64,000 bases of DNA, taken from assembly GCA_017529925.1 (NCBI GenBank), contig JAFXMZ010000025.1:407-64406 (forward strand), read 5' to 3'. Origin of the DNA: Clostridiales bacterium (lineage in GTDB: Bacteria; Bacillota; Clostridia; Saccharofermentanales; Saccharofermentanaceae). The first letter of the stretch is position 1. Every line of letters begins with the position of its first letter. This document shows, piece by piece, positions 36,088 to 47,654 of this stretch. The notes beneath the pieces are model-generated. The model made no database searches. It was not told the DNA's origin and saw only the letters and a program-made list of their open reading frames with translations. A program made the translations under genes and the position numbers.

Positions 36088-36237
36088 CAGATCCTCTTTC
36101 GCCGGCCTGCTCGAAAAGCGGCCGCACCCGATATCCCGATCCGCAAAAAACGGGGCCGTCCCTCAACGGAACAGCCCCATCAGTATAACATCTTATCGAA
36201 CTAAAGAGAACGGTCTTTTACCCGTCTTCAATGTCTT

Positions 36238-37038
36238 TTACTTGCCGATCGTTGTAATGTCCTCGCCGAACCACTTCTCGGAGATCTCTGCGAGCGTGCC
36301 GTCTTCAGCCATCTCCTCGAGAGTCTTCTGAACCTTATCCCTGAGCTCCTCATTGCCGAGAAGGAACCCTACGCCGTACTCCTCGCTGGCGACTGACTCA
36401 TCGAGGATCTTAAAGTCACGGCCGGATGTCTGGATCTGATATTTTGCAACGATCTCATCCATTACGATGGCGTCAACGCCGCCTACCTCGAGGTCCATCA
36501 TGGCGCTGAGATAATCGTCAGCCTGCTTGAGCTCGCCGAAAGAATCCATAAGATCAGTATTCTCCTCGAGAGCAGCGAGTCCGGATGAATCCTTCTGTAC
36601 AACGACTGTAAGTCCCTTGAGGTCAGAGAGCGTCTTGATGTCAGAATCGGATCTTACGACTACGACCTGGTCATTTGCCATATAAGCGTCGGTCCATGTG
36701 TAGTTATCCTCACGTCCGCTGATCGTAAAGCCGTTCCAGATGCAGTCGATATTGCCTGCCTCGAGTTCCTGGTCCTTGGCATCCCATGCGATAGGCTTAG
36801 CCTCGAATTCCATGTCGAGCCTCTTCGCGACTTCCCTTGCGAGGTCGAGGTCGAAACCGACATATTCGCCGTCCTCATCGATGAAGCCCATCGGAGGGAA
36901 CTCGCAGTCAAATCCGACTACCAGGACTCCGTCGTCCTCAGCGCCCTTATCGGAGTCCTTTTTGGAGCACGCCGAAAAGACTCCCACTGCCATTACTGCG
37001 GTAAGCACGACCGCAACTGTCTTCTTAAGTAACTTCAT
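36238..37038 (-). CDS. amino-acid ABC transporter substrate-binding lipoprotein
   Basis: Lipobox GVFSAC. LVVGFDCEFPPMGFIDEDGEYVGFDLDLAREVAKRL is family-3 SBP-like. Confidence 0.9.
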   Translation of the reverse strand: MKLLKKTVAVVLTAVMAVGVFSACSKKDSDKGAEDDGVLVVGFDCEFPPMGFIDEDGEYVGFDLDLAREVAKRLDMEFEAKPIAWDAKDQELEAGNIDCIWNGFTISGREDNYTWTDAYMANDQVVVVRSDSDIKTLSDLKGLTVVVQKDSSGLAALEENTDLMDSFGELKQADDYLSAMMDLEVGGVDAIVMDEIVAKYQIQTSGRDFKILDESVASEEYGVGFLLGNEELRDKVQKTLEEMAEDGTLAEISEKWFGEDITTIGK

Positions 37039-37093
37039 TTTATTTCTCCTTTGTGCAGGTATTCCTGCTGTTTTTTACCCCTGTCGAAAAGTA

Positions 37094-37336
37094 TCAGGCG
37101 TTGGAATCTATCGCTTCGACTACTGCATCTATCTTCTCATTATGGGCAGTGACTTTCGCGGCAGCTTCCCTTGCTCTCGAGATATAACCGGATGCAACAC
37201 CTGCGGCTCCGAGGGCGAGCATTTCCTTGAGCTCATCGCTGGTCTCAACATCGAGAGGGTTGTCGATACCGAGCTTGTCTGCAAGAGTCTCGACGTCATC
37301 AAGACCGGAGCCCGACACGGCGGCGATCATGGTCAT
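37094..37336 (-). CDS. C-terminal piece of a split acidic lipoprotein (homologous to the C-terminus of 38166..39140)
   Basis: GLDDVETLADKLGIDNPLDVETSDELKEML aligns with GLDDLETVCDKLGIDNPLEVENSEDLKEAL. The start overlaps the upstream stop (ATGA). Confidence 0.6.
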   Translation of the reverse strand: MTMIAAVSGSGLDDVETLADKLGIDNPLDVETSDELKEMLALGAAGVASGYISRAREAAAKVTAHNEKIDAVVEAIDSNA

Positions 37337-38073
37337 GTGCCGTTGTCATAGTAGAAGGCTGCTACGATCTGAAGATCTCCCATTATCTTTTTTGCTTCCT
37401 TGAGGTCAGAGGAGTTGGCAGTTCCGCCGCTCTTCTCGGAAATGACCTTTACAGCATCGATAAGGTCATCGCCGTCCATATTTATGACCAGATGGCCCTT
37501 GTTACCGTCGTTCAGATACTCATCTTCATTGAGGTCATCGATATCTATATCGAGACTATCCTCCATGCCATCCTCGACATTTCCCATAAAGTCCTCAAAC
37601 GCTTCGTCTGCCTTGTCCTTATCGGTGAACTCGACGACTGCCGCATAAACGAGCACGGCATCGGATGCCTTCTCGCCGCTGAGCTTCTCGACACCGTCTG
37701 CTTTGATGTAGAAGGTGATATCGCCGAGATCATCCGTATCCCAGTCATCGATATCGAGACCCATTGCATCCATATAAGGAGCGATCTGGTCTGTATCGAT
37801 GTCTTTGATGTCCTTGCCGTAGACATCATCGATCTCTTCGCCGTTTGTCTTGATGACGATTCCGTCCTTGAGAGCCTTGGTTCCCTTGCCCTCGCTGAGA
37901 TCCTCCAGATCCTCGAGAGAATACTCTTCGGCATCGAGCTTGTCCTTCGCGGCCTTCTCGAGCTTCTCGGCGGAAGGCTTCTTGCTGCAGGCCGCCGCTC
38001 CGAGGAGCATAGCTCCGGCAAGAAGGACCGACATTGTCTTTTTCATGCTGTTCTTCATCTTCATATACCTCAT
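37333..38073 (-). CDS. acidic lipoprotein, N-terminal part (paralog of 38166..39140)
   Basis: Lipobox LLGAAAC. Extremely D/E-rich and colinear with the neighbouring paralog up to ...FYYDNG. Confidence 0.75.
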   Translation of the reverse strand: MRYMKMKNSMKKTMSVLLAGAMLLGAAACSKKPSAEKLEKAAKDKLDAEEYSLEDLEDLSEGKGTKALKDGIVIKTNGEEIDDVYGKDIKDIDTDQIAPYMDAMGLDIDDWDTDDLGDITFYIKADGVEKLSGEKASDAVLVYAAVVEFTDKDKADEAFEDFMGNVEDGMEDSLDIDIDDLNEDEYLNDGNKGHLVINMDGDDLIDAVKVISEKSGGTANSSDLKEAKKIMGDLQIVAAFYYDNGT

Positions 38074-38165
38074 GATCTCTCAATGTATCGGGCAGGATGT
38101 CCACGGGTTTCCCCGGGATATCCTGCCCGAATAGTGTTCAGATATTCGATCGTTCAAAGGAAAGA

Positions 38166-39140
38166 TCAGGACAATTCGTCGTCGATCTCTTCCTCAAGTT
38201 CTCTGATAGCTTCATTGTGCTCCTCAACCTCAGCCATGGCGCTCTGAGCCTTGTCGATGTAATTGGAGATTCCGCCGCCGATGACGCCGCTGATGAGAGC
38301 TTCCTTGAGATCCTCGCTGTTCTCTACTTCGAGAGGGTTATCGATGCCGAGCTTATCGCATACTGTCTCAAGATCATCAAGTCCGTTAGCGGAGAAGCCG
38401 CCTACGATCGTGAATACGCCGTTGTCATAATAGACGCCGACTACGATCTGGAGATCGCCGAGCATCTTCTGCATTTCCTTGAGCTGATCCTTGTCCATGT
38501 CTCCGCCATACTGCTTGTACATGTCCTTGACACCGTCGATGATGTCATCAGCGCCCATGCAGATTACGAAGTGACCCTTGTCACCGTCGTTGAGGTACTC
38601 GTCTTCGGAAAGATCCTCAAGATCGAGATCGAGCTGGTCCTCCATGAGGTCCTCGATATTTCCCATGAAATCCTCGAAAGCATCATTAGCCTTATCCTTA
38701 TCTGTGAACTCGACTACTGTAGCAAATACTACGTTCGCATCGTCGAACTCTCCTTCGCCGAGCTCATCAACGCCCTCAGCCTTAGCATAGACAGTGATGT
38801 CACCGAGATCGTCAGTATCCCAGTCATCGATATCAACGCCTACAGCTTCTCCGACCTCAGCAGCGGAAGAAGTATCAGCCTTCTTGATCTGCTTGCCGAA
38901 AACATCGTCGATCTCTTCGCCGTTCGTCTTGATAACGATACCGTCTTCGAGAGCCTCCGTGATCTCATCCTGCTCCATGTCCTTGATGTCCTCGAGAGCG
39001 ATCTCTTCAGCATCGAGCTTGGAAGTTGCGACCTTGTCGAGATTCTTAGCGGAGGGCTTCTTGCTGCAAGCCGCGCAACCGAAGACAACAGATCCGATCA
39101 GGAAAAGGGAGACTGCCTTCATAAGTCTTTTATGTCCCAT
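38166..39140 (-). CDS. acidic lipoprotein, function unknown
   Basis: Lipobox VVFGCAAC. 324 aa and D/E-rich. The intact version of the split pair downstream. Confidence 0.8.
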   Translation of the reverse strand: MGHKRLMKAVSLFLIGSVVFGCAACSKKPSAKNLDKVATSKLDAEEIALEDIKDMEQDEITEALEDGIVIKTNGEEIDDVFGKQIKKADTSSAAEVGEAVGVDIDDWDTDDLGDITVYAKAEGVDELGEGEFDDANVVFATVVEFTDKDKANDAFEDFMGNIEDLMEDQLDLDLEDLSEDEYLNDGDKGHFVICMGADDIIDGVKDMYKQYGGDMDKDQLKEMQKMLGDLQIVVGVYYDNGVFTIVGGFSANGLDDLETVCDKLGIDNPLEVENSEDLKEALISGVIGGGISNYIDKAQSAMAEVEEHNEAIRELEEEIDDELS

Positions 39141-39317
39141 TTTTACATATCCTCCTTAGGATTTGATTACTTTGAAAAGCCTTTCGGCCATTCCCGATAT
39201 CCCAATAATACCACAATCCTGCTTTGCTAAAAAGATGAAGATAAATTATTATTAAGTAAAAAGTCCGGCGGGGGCTCTTTTGCCACGCCGAAAAGCACAA
39301 AAACCGGAGGCCGCATC

Positions 39318-40505
39318 ATGCATTACACAAAGAAGATCACTGAAGATATCATCTGGACAGGCGCATCGGACAGGCGCATCACGCTTTTCGAGGGGCTGTA
39401 TCCCGTAAATGACGGAATGGCTTACAATTCGTATCTCATTAAGGATGAGAAGACGGTCCTTGTCGATACATGCGACAAGGCGGTGTCGGGGCAGTTCTTC
39501 GAGAATGTGGAGGCGGCGCTCGGCGGAAGGGAGCTCGACTACGTCATCGTCCAGCACATGGAACCCGACCACTCGGCGACGCTCGGGGAGCTCGTGCTCA
39601 GATATCCCGGCGTGAAGATCGTGACGAATGCCAAGAGCATCAACATGATAAAGCAGTTCTTTGACTTTGATATCGACTCGAGGGCCGTTCCCGTCGGTGA
39701 AGGCGATGAGCTCGACACCGGGTCGAGGAAGCTTTCGTTCATCGCGGCTCCGATGGTCCACTGGCCCGAAGTCATCATGACTTATGACCCGAAGTCGAAA
39801 GCGCTCTTCTCCGCTGATGCTTTCGGATCATTCGGTTCGATCGACGGCTCGATCTGGGCTGATTCGAAGGACTATATCCTCTATGTCGGTGAAGCCAGGA
39901 GATATTACACGAACATAGTCGGCAAGTACGGCGCCCAGGTGCAGGCTGTACTGAAGAAGGCGTCATCTCTCGACATTGAGATGCTGCTGCCGCTCCACGG
40001 ACTCGTCTGGAGGAAGGATCTTGACCTCATCCTCGGTTCGTATGATAAGTGGAGTTCATTCACTGCAGAGGATGACGGCGCCGCCGTTCTCTATGCGTCC
40101 ATATACGGCAATTCCGCCGCGGTCGCGGACATCATCGCGGGAAAGATCGCGGATCAGGGGAAGAAGGTCACGGTCGTCGACTGCAACATGAAGCAGCACT
40201 CCTATGCGGTGTCGGCGGCTTTCAGGCATAAGAATATCGTCATCGTATCTCCGACGACCGACGGCGGCATAATGAGCAGCATGGAGGATGTCGTCCATGC
40301 GATAGCTGCGCATAACCTTCAGAACAGGGAGGTCTTCGTCGTGGAGAACGGGACGTGGGCACCTGTTGTCAGGAGGAAGGTCACGGAGCTTTTCGGAGGG
40401 CTTAAGAATGTTAATGTGAGCGAGGCTTCGTTCGCGTTCAGGTCGTCGCTCAAAGAGGATGGCATCGAGCCTCTGGAGCGCCTTGTAGAGGCAATTTGCG
40501 GTTGA
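39318..40505 (+). CDS. flavodiiron protein (FprA-type; metallo-beta-lactamase-like plus flavodoxin-like domains)
   Basis: VIVQHMEPDHS di-iron motif. The C-terminal AAVLYASIYGNSAAVADIIAGKI is a flavodoxin-like start. Confidence 0.85.
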   Translation: MHYTKKITEDIIWTGASDRRITLFEGLYPVNDGMAYNSYLIKDEKTVLVDTCDKAVSGQFFENVEAALGGRELDYVIVQHMEPDHSATLGELVLRYPGVKIVTNAKSINMIKQFFDFDIDSRAVPVGEGDELDTGSRKLSFIAAPMVHWPEVIMTYDPKSKALFSADAFGSFGSIDGSIWADSKDYILYVGEARRYYTNIVGKYGAQVQAVLKKASSLDIEMLLPLHGLVWRKDLDLILGSYDKWSSFTAEDDGAAVLYASIYGNSAAVADIIAGKIADQGKKVTVVDCNMKQHSYAVSAAFRHKNIVIVSPTTDGGIMSSMEDVVHAIAAHNLQNREVFVVENGTWAPVVRRKVTELFGGLKNVNVSEASFAFRSSLKEDGIEPLERLVEAICG

Positions 40506-40530
40506 CTTTGTAAGGCGCGCGTGGTTTAAT
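40502..40530 (+). promoter_or_regulatory. sigma-A-type promoter of the ilv operon
   Basis: TTGACT (40502-40507), 17 nt, TTTAAT (40525-40530). Confidence 0.6.
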
Positions 40531-40544
40531 ACTCTTTACAGGCG

Positions 40545-40830
40545 TTGAAGGGAAAAAAGATACGTCAATGCGCATACAGAGAGCCGGCGGTCGCTGCGAG
40601 CCGGTTGCGGCAGATGTAATGATAAGTCATCCCGGAGCTGTCGGATCCAAAGGGCTTTGTCCCGAGTAGAGCCGGTCGGGTCCTCCCGTTACAGAGGAGC
40701 GTGTTGAATGACACGGTCGAGAGGGCCGCATGACGGCCAAGAAGAGTGGTACCGCGGGATAAGTTTTCTCGTCTCTTTCACATCAGGAATATTTCCTTTT
40801 GTGGCGGAGACTTTTTTATTGCTCGAAGCC
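40545..40830 (+). promoter_or_regulatory. T-box riboswitch leader (tRNA-sensing transcription attenuator)
   Basis: AGAGAG bulge at 40578-40583. T-box core AAGAGTGGTACCGCGG at 40742-40757. Downstream GTCTC...GAGAC hairpin plus TTTTTT at 40824-40829. Confidence 0.85.
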
Positions 40831-40868
40831 GAAGCCCGGAGGGAAAGGAAAGACGGAGGTAAGAGTTC

Positions 40869-42533
40869 ATGAAATTAAGCGGAGCGCAGATCGTTGTTGA
40901 GACGCTGATCGAGCAGAACGTCAAGACCATCTTCGGTTATCCCGGAGGAACGGTCCTCGATATCTACGACCAGCTTCAGAAGAAGAGCGACAGGATCACT
41001 CACATACTGACTGCCCATGAGCAGGGTGCGGCACATGCTGCCGACGGATATGCGAGAGCAACGGGTGAAGTCGGAGTAGTTCTCGCGACATCGGGCCCGG
41101 GTGCGACGAACCTCGTTACGGGTATCGCCACCGCGCACCTCGATTCCGTACCGCTGCTCGCGATCACGGGTAATGTAGCGACCGGCATGATCGGGAGCGA
41201 TGCATTCCAGGAGATCGACATCACGGGCATCACACTTCCCATAACAAAGCATAATTTCCTCGTTCACGACGTAAAGGATCTGGCCGACACGATAAGGGAG
41301 GCCATCCGCATCGCGAAGTCCGGACGCCCGGGTCCTGTCCTTGTCGACATCCCGAAAGATGTCCAGGCAGCGATGTGCGAATTTGCATATAAGGCACCGG
41401 TCGAGAGATCGAAGCCCGAGCCCGCGAAGGATGCGGACGTTGACGAGGCTGCGAAGATGATCGCCGAGGCCGGAAGGCCGTTCATATATTTCGGAGGCGG
41501 AGCCGTAAGGGCGGGCGCAGGTGCGCTCATCTCCGAGCTCGCCGACAAGATCGATGCATTTATCGGCTGTTCCATGATGGGACTTTCCGAGCTCCCGACG
41601 AAGCTCGACAGGTTCCTGGGCATGCAGGGAATGCACGGCCATTATGCCTCATCGAAAGCGATGGCGAAGTCAGACCTCATCATCGCCGTCGGCGTAAGAT
41701 TCTCCGACCGTGCGACCGGCAATATCGAGAGATTCTCCGCAGGTGCCCGCAAGATCCAGATCGACATCGACAGCGCCGAGCTCGGCAAGAATATCGAGAT
41801 CACGCTCGGAGCTTCATGCGATATCTGCGATTTCTTAAGGAAGCTCATCGACCGTGTCGACTATAAGCGCAATCCCAACTGGGCTGCGAAGATCGAGAAG
41901 CTCCGCGCCCAGGAGAAGGAGCAGGGATTCGTTGATTTCCTCCCCGAGCAGGCTATAAAGTATGTTGCTTCAAGCGTTACTCCGGATACGGAGATCGCGA
42001 CGGATGTCGGCCAGCACCAGATGTGGACGGCGCAGTATTACGATTTCGAGAAGAAGAGGACATGGATCTCCTCCGGCGGACTCGGCACGATGGGATTCGG
42101 AATGGGCGCCGCTATCGGTGCATGCTTCGGAACCGGCAAGAGGACCGTTCTCTTCACGGGCGACGGCTCTTTCGGAATGAACCTTACTGAGCTCGCCACG
42201 GCAGTTACGTACAATGTTCCCGTTACGATCGTCCTTTTCGATAACGGTACGCTCGGAATGGTAAGACAGCTCCAGACGCTCTTCTACGATAAGAACTATT
42301 CGAATACGACACTCGACAGGAAGACGGACTTCGTAAAGCTCGCCGAGGCATTCGGTGCGAAGGGATTCGAGGCTTCCGACATAGAAGAGTTCAGGAAGGC
42401 TTTCGACGAGGCATATAAGACGGAAGGCCCCGCACTCATCGACCTCAGGATCGATAAGGATGCAGTGGTACTCCCGATGATGAGGCCCGGCGGAACTTTC
42501 GATAAGCTGATACTCGGAGAGGAGGACGACTGA
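40869..42533 (+). CDS. ilvB: acetolactate synthase, large (catalytic) subunit
   Basis: MKLSGAQIVVETLIEQNVKTIFGYPGG...GGLGTMGFGMGAAIGA, a ThDP enzyme. Confidence 0.93.
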   Translation: MKLSGAQIVVETLIEQNVKTIFGYPGGTVLDIYDQLQKKSDRITHILTAHEQGAAHAADGYARATGEVGVVLATSGPGATNLVTGIATAHLDSVPLLAITGNVATGMIGSDAFQEIDITGITLPITKHNFLVHDVKDLADTIREAIRIAKSGRPGPVLVDIPKDVQAAMCEFAYKAPVERSKPEPAKDADVDEAAKMIAEAGRPFIYFGGGAVRAGAGALISELADKIDAFIGCSMMGLSELPTKLDRFLGMQGMHGHYASSKAMAKSDLIIAVGVRFSDRATGNIERFSAGARKIQIDIDSAELGKNIEITLGASCDICDFLRKLIDRVDYKRNPNWAAKIEKLRAQEKEQGFVDFLPEQAIKYVASSVTPDTEIATDVGQHQMWTAQYYDFEKKRTWISSGGLGTMGFGMGAAIGACFGTGKRTVLFTGDGSFGMNLTELATAVTYNVPVTIVLFDNGTLGMVRQLQTLFYDKNYSNTTLDRKTDFVKLAEAFGAKGFEASDIEEFRKAFDEAYKTEGPALIDLRIDKDAVVLPMMRPGGTFDKLILGEEDD

Positions 42534-43036
42534 TGAGCAGGAGTAATTTTGTAATAGCTGTTTATGTTGAGAATAAGTACGGTGTCCTCACGAGAGTCAC
42601 CAGTATGTTCACGAGGCGCGGATTCAATATCGATTCGCTGACAGTGGGTGAGACGGAGGATCCCGATTACTCGAGGATCACGATCTCGCTTTCGGGCGAG
42701 AAATCCGACCGCATCCAGCTCGTATCACAGCTCAAAAAGCTGTATAATGTCAGGAAGGTCGTCGAGATCACTCCCGATGCGGGTATCAAGAGAGAGCTGC
42801 TTCTCATCAAGATAAAGACCGTACCGGAGACGAGATCGGAGATCAGGGACATCACCGAAGTGTTCAAGGCGAAGATAATCGATTACTCCGCCGGCGCGAT
42901 GTGCATCGAGATCACGGGCGATTCGAACAAGATCGACGCCTTTATCGACAACGTCAAGCCTTTCGGTATAATCGAGATGTGCCGCACGGGAATAGTCGCG
43001 CTCGAGCGCGGACCCGAGAGCATGCTCGAGAAGTGA
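42533..43036 (+). CDS. ilvN: acetolactate synthase, small (regulatory) subunit
   Basis: ACT domain VENKYGVLTRVTSMFTRRGFNIDSLTVGETED; the start overlaps the ilvB stop. Confidence 0.92.
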   Translation: MSRSNFVIAVYVENKYGVLTRVTSMFTRRGFNIDSLTVGETEDPDYSRITISLSGEKSDRIQLVSQLKKLYNVRKVVEITPDAGIKRELLLIKIKTVPETRSEIRDITEVFKAKIIDYSAGAMCIEITGDSNKIDAFIDNVKPFGIIEMCRTGIVALERGPESMLEK

Positions 43037-43181
43037 CGGATGCGGGGGATGACCCCGTGAAGTCGAACAGCCGGGGAACGGCCGCGGCGGCCGGGAGACC
43101 GGAGAAGTCCGGGGGAAGACCGGACAGGAATGCCGGGCTGAGCGCCCGGAAGACGAAATGAAATACATTTTTTGGAGGTAA

Positions 43182-44207
<1,026 letters not shown>

Positions 44208-44400
44208 TCCGAACCTTAAAGGAAAAGATCGGGGGATCCGGCTTCTTACATCGGGAGGTCCGGGTCCCCTGTGCTTTATGAAGGCACATATATAACTCAT
44301 CGAAAAGCACCTGCCGCGTCTTTGCGGCGGGGACAGGATCCGCCTTCGCGGCGGGAGAAGCTTTTCGCCATGATAGAGAATGAAAAGGAGAAAATTGGAA

Positions 44401-46062
44401 ATGATCAGGGAAACGATCGTCGACGGTTTCAGTAACGCACCGCACCGTTCGCTCTACCACGCGCTCGGTCTTACAAAGGAGGAACTCGAAAGGCCTTTGA
44501 TCGGCATCGTAAGTTCTTATAACGAGATCGTGCCGGGACACATGAATATCGATAAGATCGTCGAGGCCGTAAAGCTCGGCGTTGCAATGGCGGGAGGCAC
44601 TCCGATAGTATTCCCGGCGATCGCCGTCTGCGACGGTATCGCGATGGGCCACAGAGGTATGAAATATTCTCTCGTGACACGTGACCTGATCGCTGATTCG
44701 ACTGAGGCTATGGTCCTCGCGCACGGCTTCGACGGACTCGTCATGGTGCCCAACTGCGACAAGAACGTTCCGGGCCTCATAATGGCTGCGGCACGTCTCA
44801 ATATCCCTACCGTCTTCGTAAGCGGCGGCCCCATGCTCGCAGGCAGGGTCGACGGAAAGAAGAGATCTTTGTCGGCAATGTTTGAGGCGACGGGTGCTTT
44901 CGCCGCAGGAAAGATCGATGAGGCAAAGCTCACGGAATTCGAGGAGAAGGTCTGCCCGACATGCGGCTCCTGCTCAGGAATGTATACGGCAAATTCGATG
45001 AACTGCCTGACCGAAGTCCTCGGTCTGGGACTGCGCGGCAACGGAACGATCCCTGCCGTCTACTCGTCGAGGATCGAGCTCGCAAAGCACGCCGGAATGC
45101 AGGTCATGGAGTGCGTCAGGAATAACATCAGGCCGCGCGATATCCTTACCGAGGCCGCTTTCGAGAATGCGCTCGCAGCCGACATGGCTATCGGATGCTC
45201 GACTAACTCGATGCTCCACATCCCCGCTATCGCTAATGAGTGCGGCATAAAGATCGACCTTACACACGTTAACGAGATCTCCGAAAGGACACCGAACATC
45301 TGCCATCTGGCACCTGCAGGCCCGACCTATATGGAGGACCTGAACGAAGCAGGCGGCATCCATGCCGTAATGAAGGAACTGCTCGACGGCGGCCTCATAA
45401 ACGGCGATGTCATGACAGTTACAGGAAAGACTCTGAAAGAGAATGTCGCCGATTCCGTTGTCTACGATAAGGAAGTCATCAGACCCCTGTCCGATCCGTT
45501 CTCGAAGACGGGCGGACTTGCAGTCCTGAAGGGCAACCTGGCACCTGACGGATGCGTTGTAAAGAGGTCCGCGGTCGCTCCCGAGATGCTCGTCCACGAA
45601 GGACCCGCGAGATGCTTTGATTCCGAGGAGGATGCGATCGCATTCATCTATTCGGGCAAGGTACAGCCCGGTGACGTTATCGTCATCAGATATGAAGGCC
45701 CCGCAGGCGGTCCCGGAATGAGGGAGATGCTCTCGCCCACGTCCGCAATCGCGGGTATGGGACTAGATAAGGATGTTGCCCTCATCACAGACGGAAGGTT
45801 TTCCGGCGCGACGAGAGGCGCGTCTATCGGACATATCTCGCCCGAGGCGGTATCGGGCGGCCTCATCGCCTACGTCAAGGACGGCGACATCATATCGATC
45901 AACATCCCCGAATATTCCATCTCGCTCAAGGTCTCCGATGAAGAGATCGAGGAGAGGAAGAAGACTGTCGAGATAAAGAAAAGGACCGATCTGTCGGGCT
46001 ATCTCAAGCGTTATGCCGCAGCCGTTTCCTCGGCTGACAAGGGAGCGATAATCAATGTCTGA
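44401..46062 (+). CDS. ilvD: dihydroxy-acid dehydratase
   Basis: [34 protein letters not shown]. The ATG at 44401 lies 10 nt after AAGGAG; the ORF extends to 44380. Confidence 0.93.
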   Translation: MIRETIVDGFSNAPHRSLYHALGLTKEELERPLIGIVSSYNEIVPGHMNIDKIVEAVKLGVAMAGGTPIVFPAIAVCDGIAMGHRGMKYSLVTRDLIADSTEAMVLAHGFDGLVMVPNCDKNVPGLIMAAARLNIPTVFVSGGPMLAGRVDGKKRSLSAMFEATGAFAAGKIDEAKLTEFEEKVCPTCGSCSGMYTANSMNCLTEVLGLGLRGNGTIPAVYSSRIELAKHAGMQVMECVRNNIRPRDILTEAAFENALAADMAIGCSTNSMLHIPAIANECGIKIDLTHVNEISERTPNICHLAPAGPTYMEDLNEAGGIHAVMKELLDGGLINGDVMTVTGKTLKENVADSVVYDKEVIRPLSDPFSKTGGLAVLKGNLAPDGCVVKRSAVAPEMLVHEGPARCFDSEEDAIAFIYSGKVQPGDVIVIRYEGPAGGPGMREMLSPTSAIAGMGLDKDVALITDGRFSGATRGASIGHISPEAVSGGLIAYVKDGDIISINIPEYSISLKVSDEEIEERKKTVEIKKRTDLSGYLKRYAAAVSSADKGAIINV

Positions 46063-47257
46063 ACTGCTAAGAAGGATAGATTCCATGGCGCTCTTCAGGG
46101 GTGTGCGCAACCGCGAGCCCCTGAACAGCCTGTGTGAATATCTTCTCAAGACCGAAGGCGGCTACACGATCGACGAAACGATCGCTGCCTATTCGAAGTT
46201 CGTTGCCGCACTCTATGAAGTCAGGAGCGACGCCGATCTGTCGGGCGCTATCTGGGACTGCCTCGTCTCTGACATGAACCCGTTCCTCCGCCACCGCATC
46301 GACTCCGTCGTATCACCCGGTGACACGACCGAGATGAGCACTCTCATCACACTGACTGCGGAGCGCGAGCTCGACCTTCTGACCGAGATCGGAAACCACA
46401 CATCGACCGAGTTCAAGGAGCAGATCTTCTATGACGGATACCTCCCCGATTTCCGCTCCTCGCATATCGATATGAAGAAGCGCTACATGCGCATGATCGA
46501 CAACATCGAAAGGGACGGTTACGGCATCTTTGCGAAGTACATCATGTTCTGTGTCAAGGAAGGACAGGTCGTTCCCGTAAAGCATCCCGATCCCATAAAG
46601 ACGGATGACCTCTACTGCTATGAGATACCGCGTAAGAAAGTGATCGACAACACGGCCGCATTTATCGCGGGCAAGCCTGCCGCCGATGTCCTCCTCTACG
46701 GCGACGCCGGCACGGGCAAATCCTCGACGGTCAAGGCCGTATCCCGCATGTTCGCGGGCGCAGGAGTCCGTCTTGTCGAAGTGCCCAAGCAGGAGATCAG
46801 GAATATCTCTTCCGTCATCGAGAGACTGTCACAGGTTCCGATGAAGTTCATCATCTTTCTGGACGATATCTCGTTCGAAGCGGATGATCCCATGATCGGC
46901 ATCTTCAAGTCCGTACTCGAGGGCGCAGCCTCGGGCGGAAGAAAGAATATCGTCATCTATGCCACGAGCAACAGGAGACATATAGTCAAGGAATCTTTTG
47001 CCGACAGGCAGAATGAAGTTCACCTGACTGATACGATCGCAGAACAGACTTCGCTGTCCGAGAGGTTCGGCCTGAGGATCCTTTTCGATAAGCCGAACAA
47101 AAAGGACTATCTGGAGATCGTTAAGAAGCTTGCGTCTTCGCGCGGCATCACCATGCCCGAAGAGGAGCTCGAGGCAGAAGCCGAGAAGTTTGCCTTAAGG
47201 GGCGGCGGACGCACTGCAAGACTCGCGCGCCAGTTCATCGATTCGCTCTGCTGCTGA
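46055..47257 (+). CDS. DUF815-type P-loop ATPase
   Basis: Walker [17 protein letters not shown] and Walker [11 protein letters not shown]. Overlaps the ilvD stop by 8 nt. Confidence 0.75.
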   Translation: MSELLRRIDSMALFRGVRNREPLNSLCEYLLKTEGGYTIDETIAAYSKFVAALYEVRSDADLSGAIWDCLVSDMNPFLRHRIDSVVSPGDTTEMSTLITLTAERELDLLTEIGNHTSTEFKEQIFYDGYLPDFRSSHIDMKKRYMRMIDNIERDGYGIFAKYIMFCVKEGQVVPVKHPDPIKTDDLYCYEIPRKKVIDNTAAFIAGKPAADVLLYGDAGTGKSSTVKAVSRMFAGAGVRLVEVPKQEIRNISSVIERLSQVPMKFIIFLDDISFEADDPMIGIFKSVLEGAASGGRKNIVIYATSNRRHIVKESFADRQNEVHLTDTIAEQTSLSERFGLRILFDKPNKKDYLEIVKKLASSRGITMPEEELEAEAEKFALRGGGRTARLARQFIDSLCC

Positions 47258-47450
47258 GGCTTTTGGCTTCGCGCGGATATTGCGCGGATATTGCGCGGAG
47301 CCTTTTCGATATGATGGACAAAGGTTCCGGACAGTTAACGGAAGTGAGACAGTTTGTTCATCCTTACGTAACAACTCGCGATTTGACTAGTGCTATACTT
47401 GAGACAGTTAAGCAAGGCTTAACACAAATTGTAAGGAGGAGGTGAGACCA

Positions 47451-47510
47451 ATGGGACAGGATGAGCAATCGCTTATGATGTCGGGTTTTGCTTCTTCCGA
47501 ATTTTCTTAA
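47451..47510 (+). CDS. candidate 19-aa small ORF (MGQDEQSLMMSGFASSEFS) with strong SD
   Basis: Not in the ORF track. TAAGGAGGAGGTGAGACCA precedes the ATG. Downstream CUUCUUCC could pair with the SD. Function unknown. Confidence 0.3.
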   Translation: MGQDEQSLMMSGFASSEFS

Positions 47511-47600
47511 CAGGTTTTATTTTCTTACGTCGGGAAGAGAACTACAGGTAAAAGACCTGGAACGGCAGATCGCTTAAGCGATTATCACAAATCAACTACA

Positions 47601-47630
47601 GGAGCCGCCTTATCGGACGGCTCCTTTTTT
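47601..47630 (+). terminator. intrinsic terminator
   Basis: GGAGCCGCC-TTAT-CGGACGGCTCC-TTTTTT. Confidence 0.8.
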
Positions 47631-47654
47631 GCGGGATATTTTTCTGCATTTCAG

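Noticed and set aside
37492-39230. 251-aa and 377-aa plus-strand ORFs (37492..38247, 38097..39230) and other ORFs in this span
   Set aside because: Antisense to the acidic lipoprotein paralogs, which have lipoboxes and mutual homology. The D/E-rich coding strand generates long open antisense frames.
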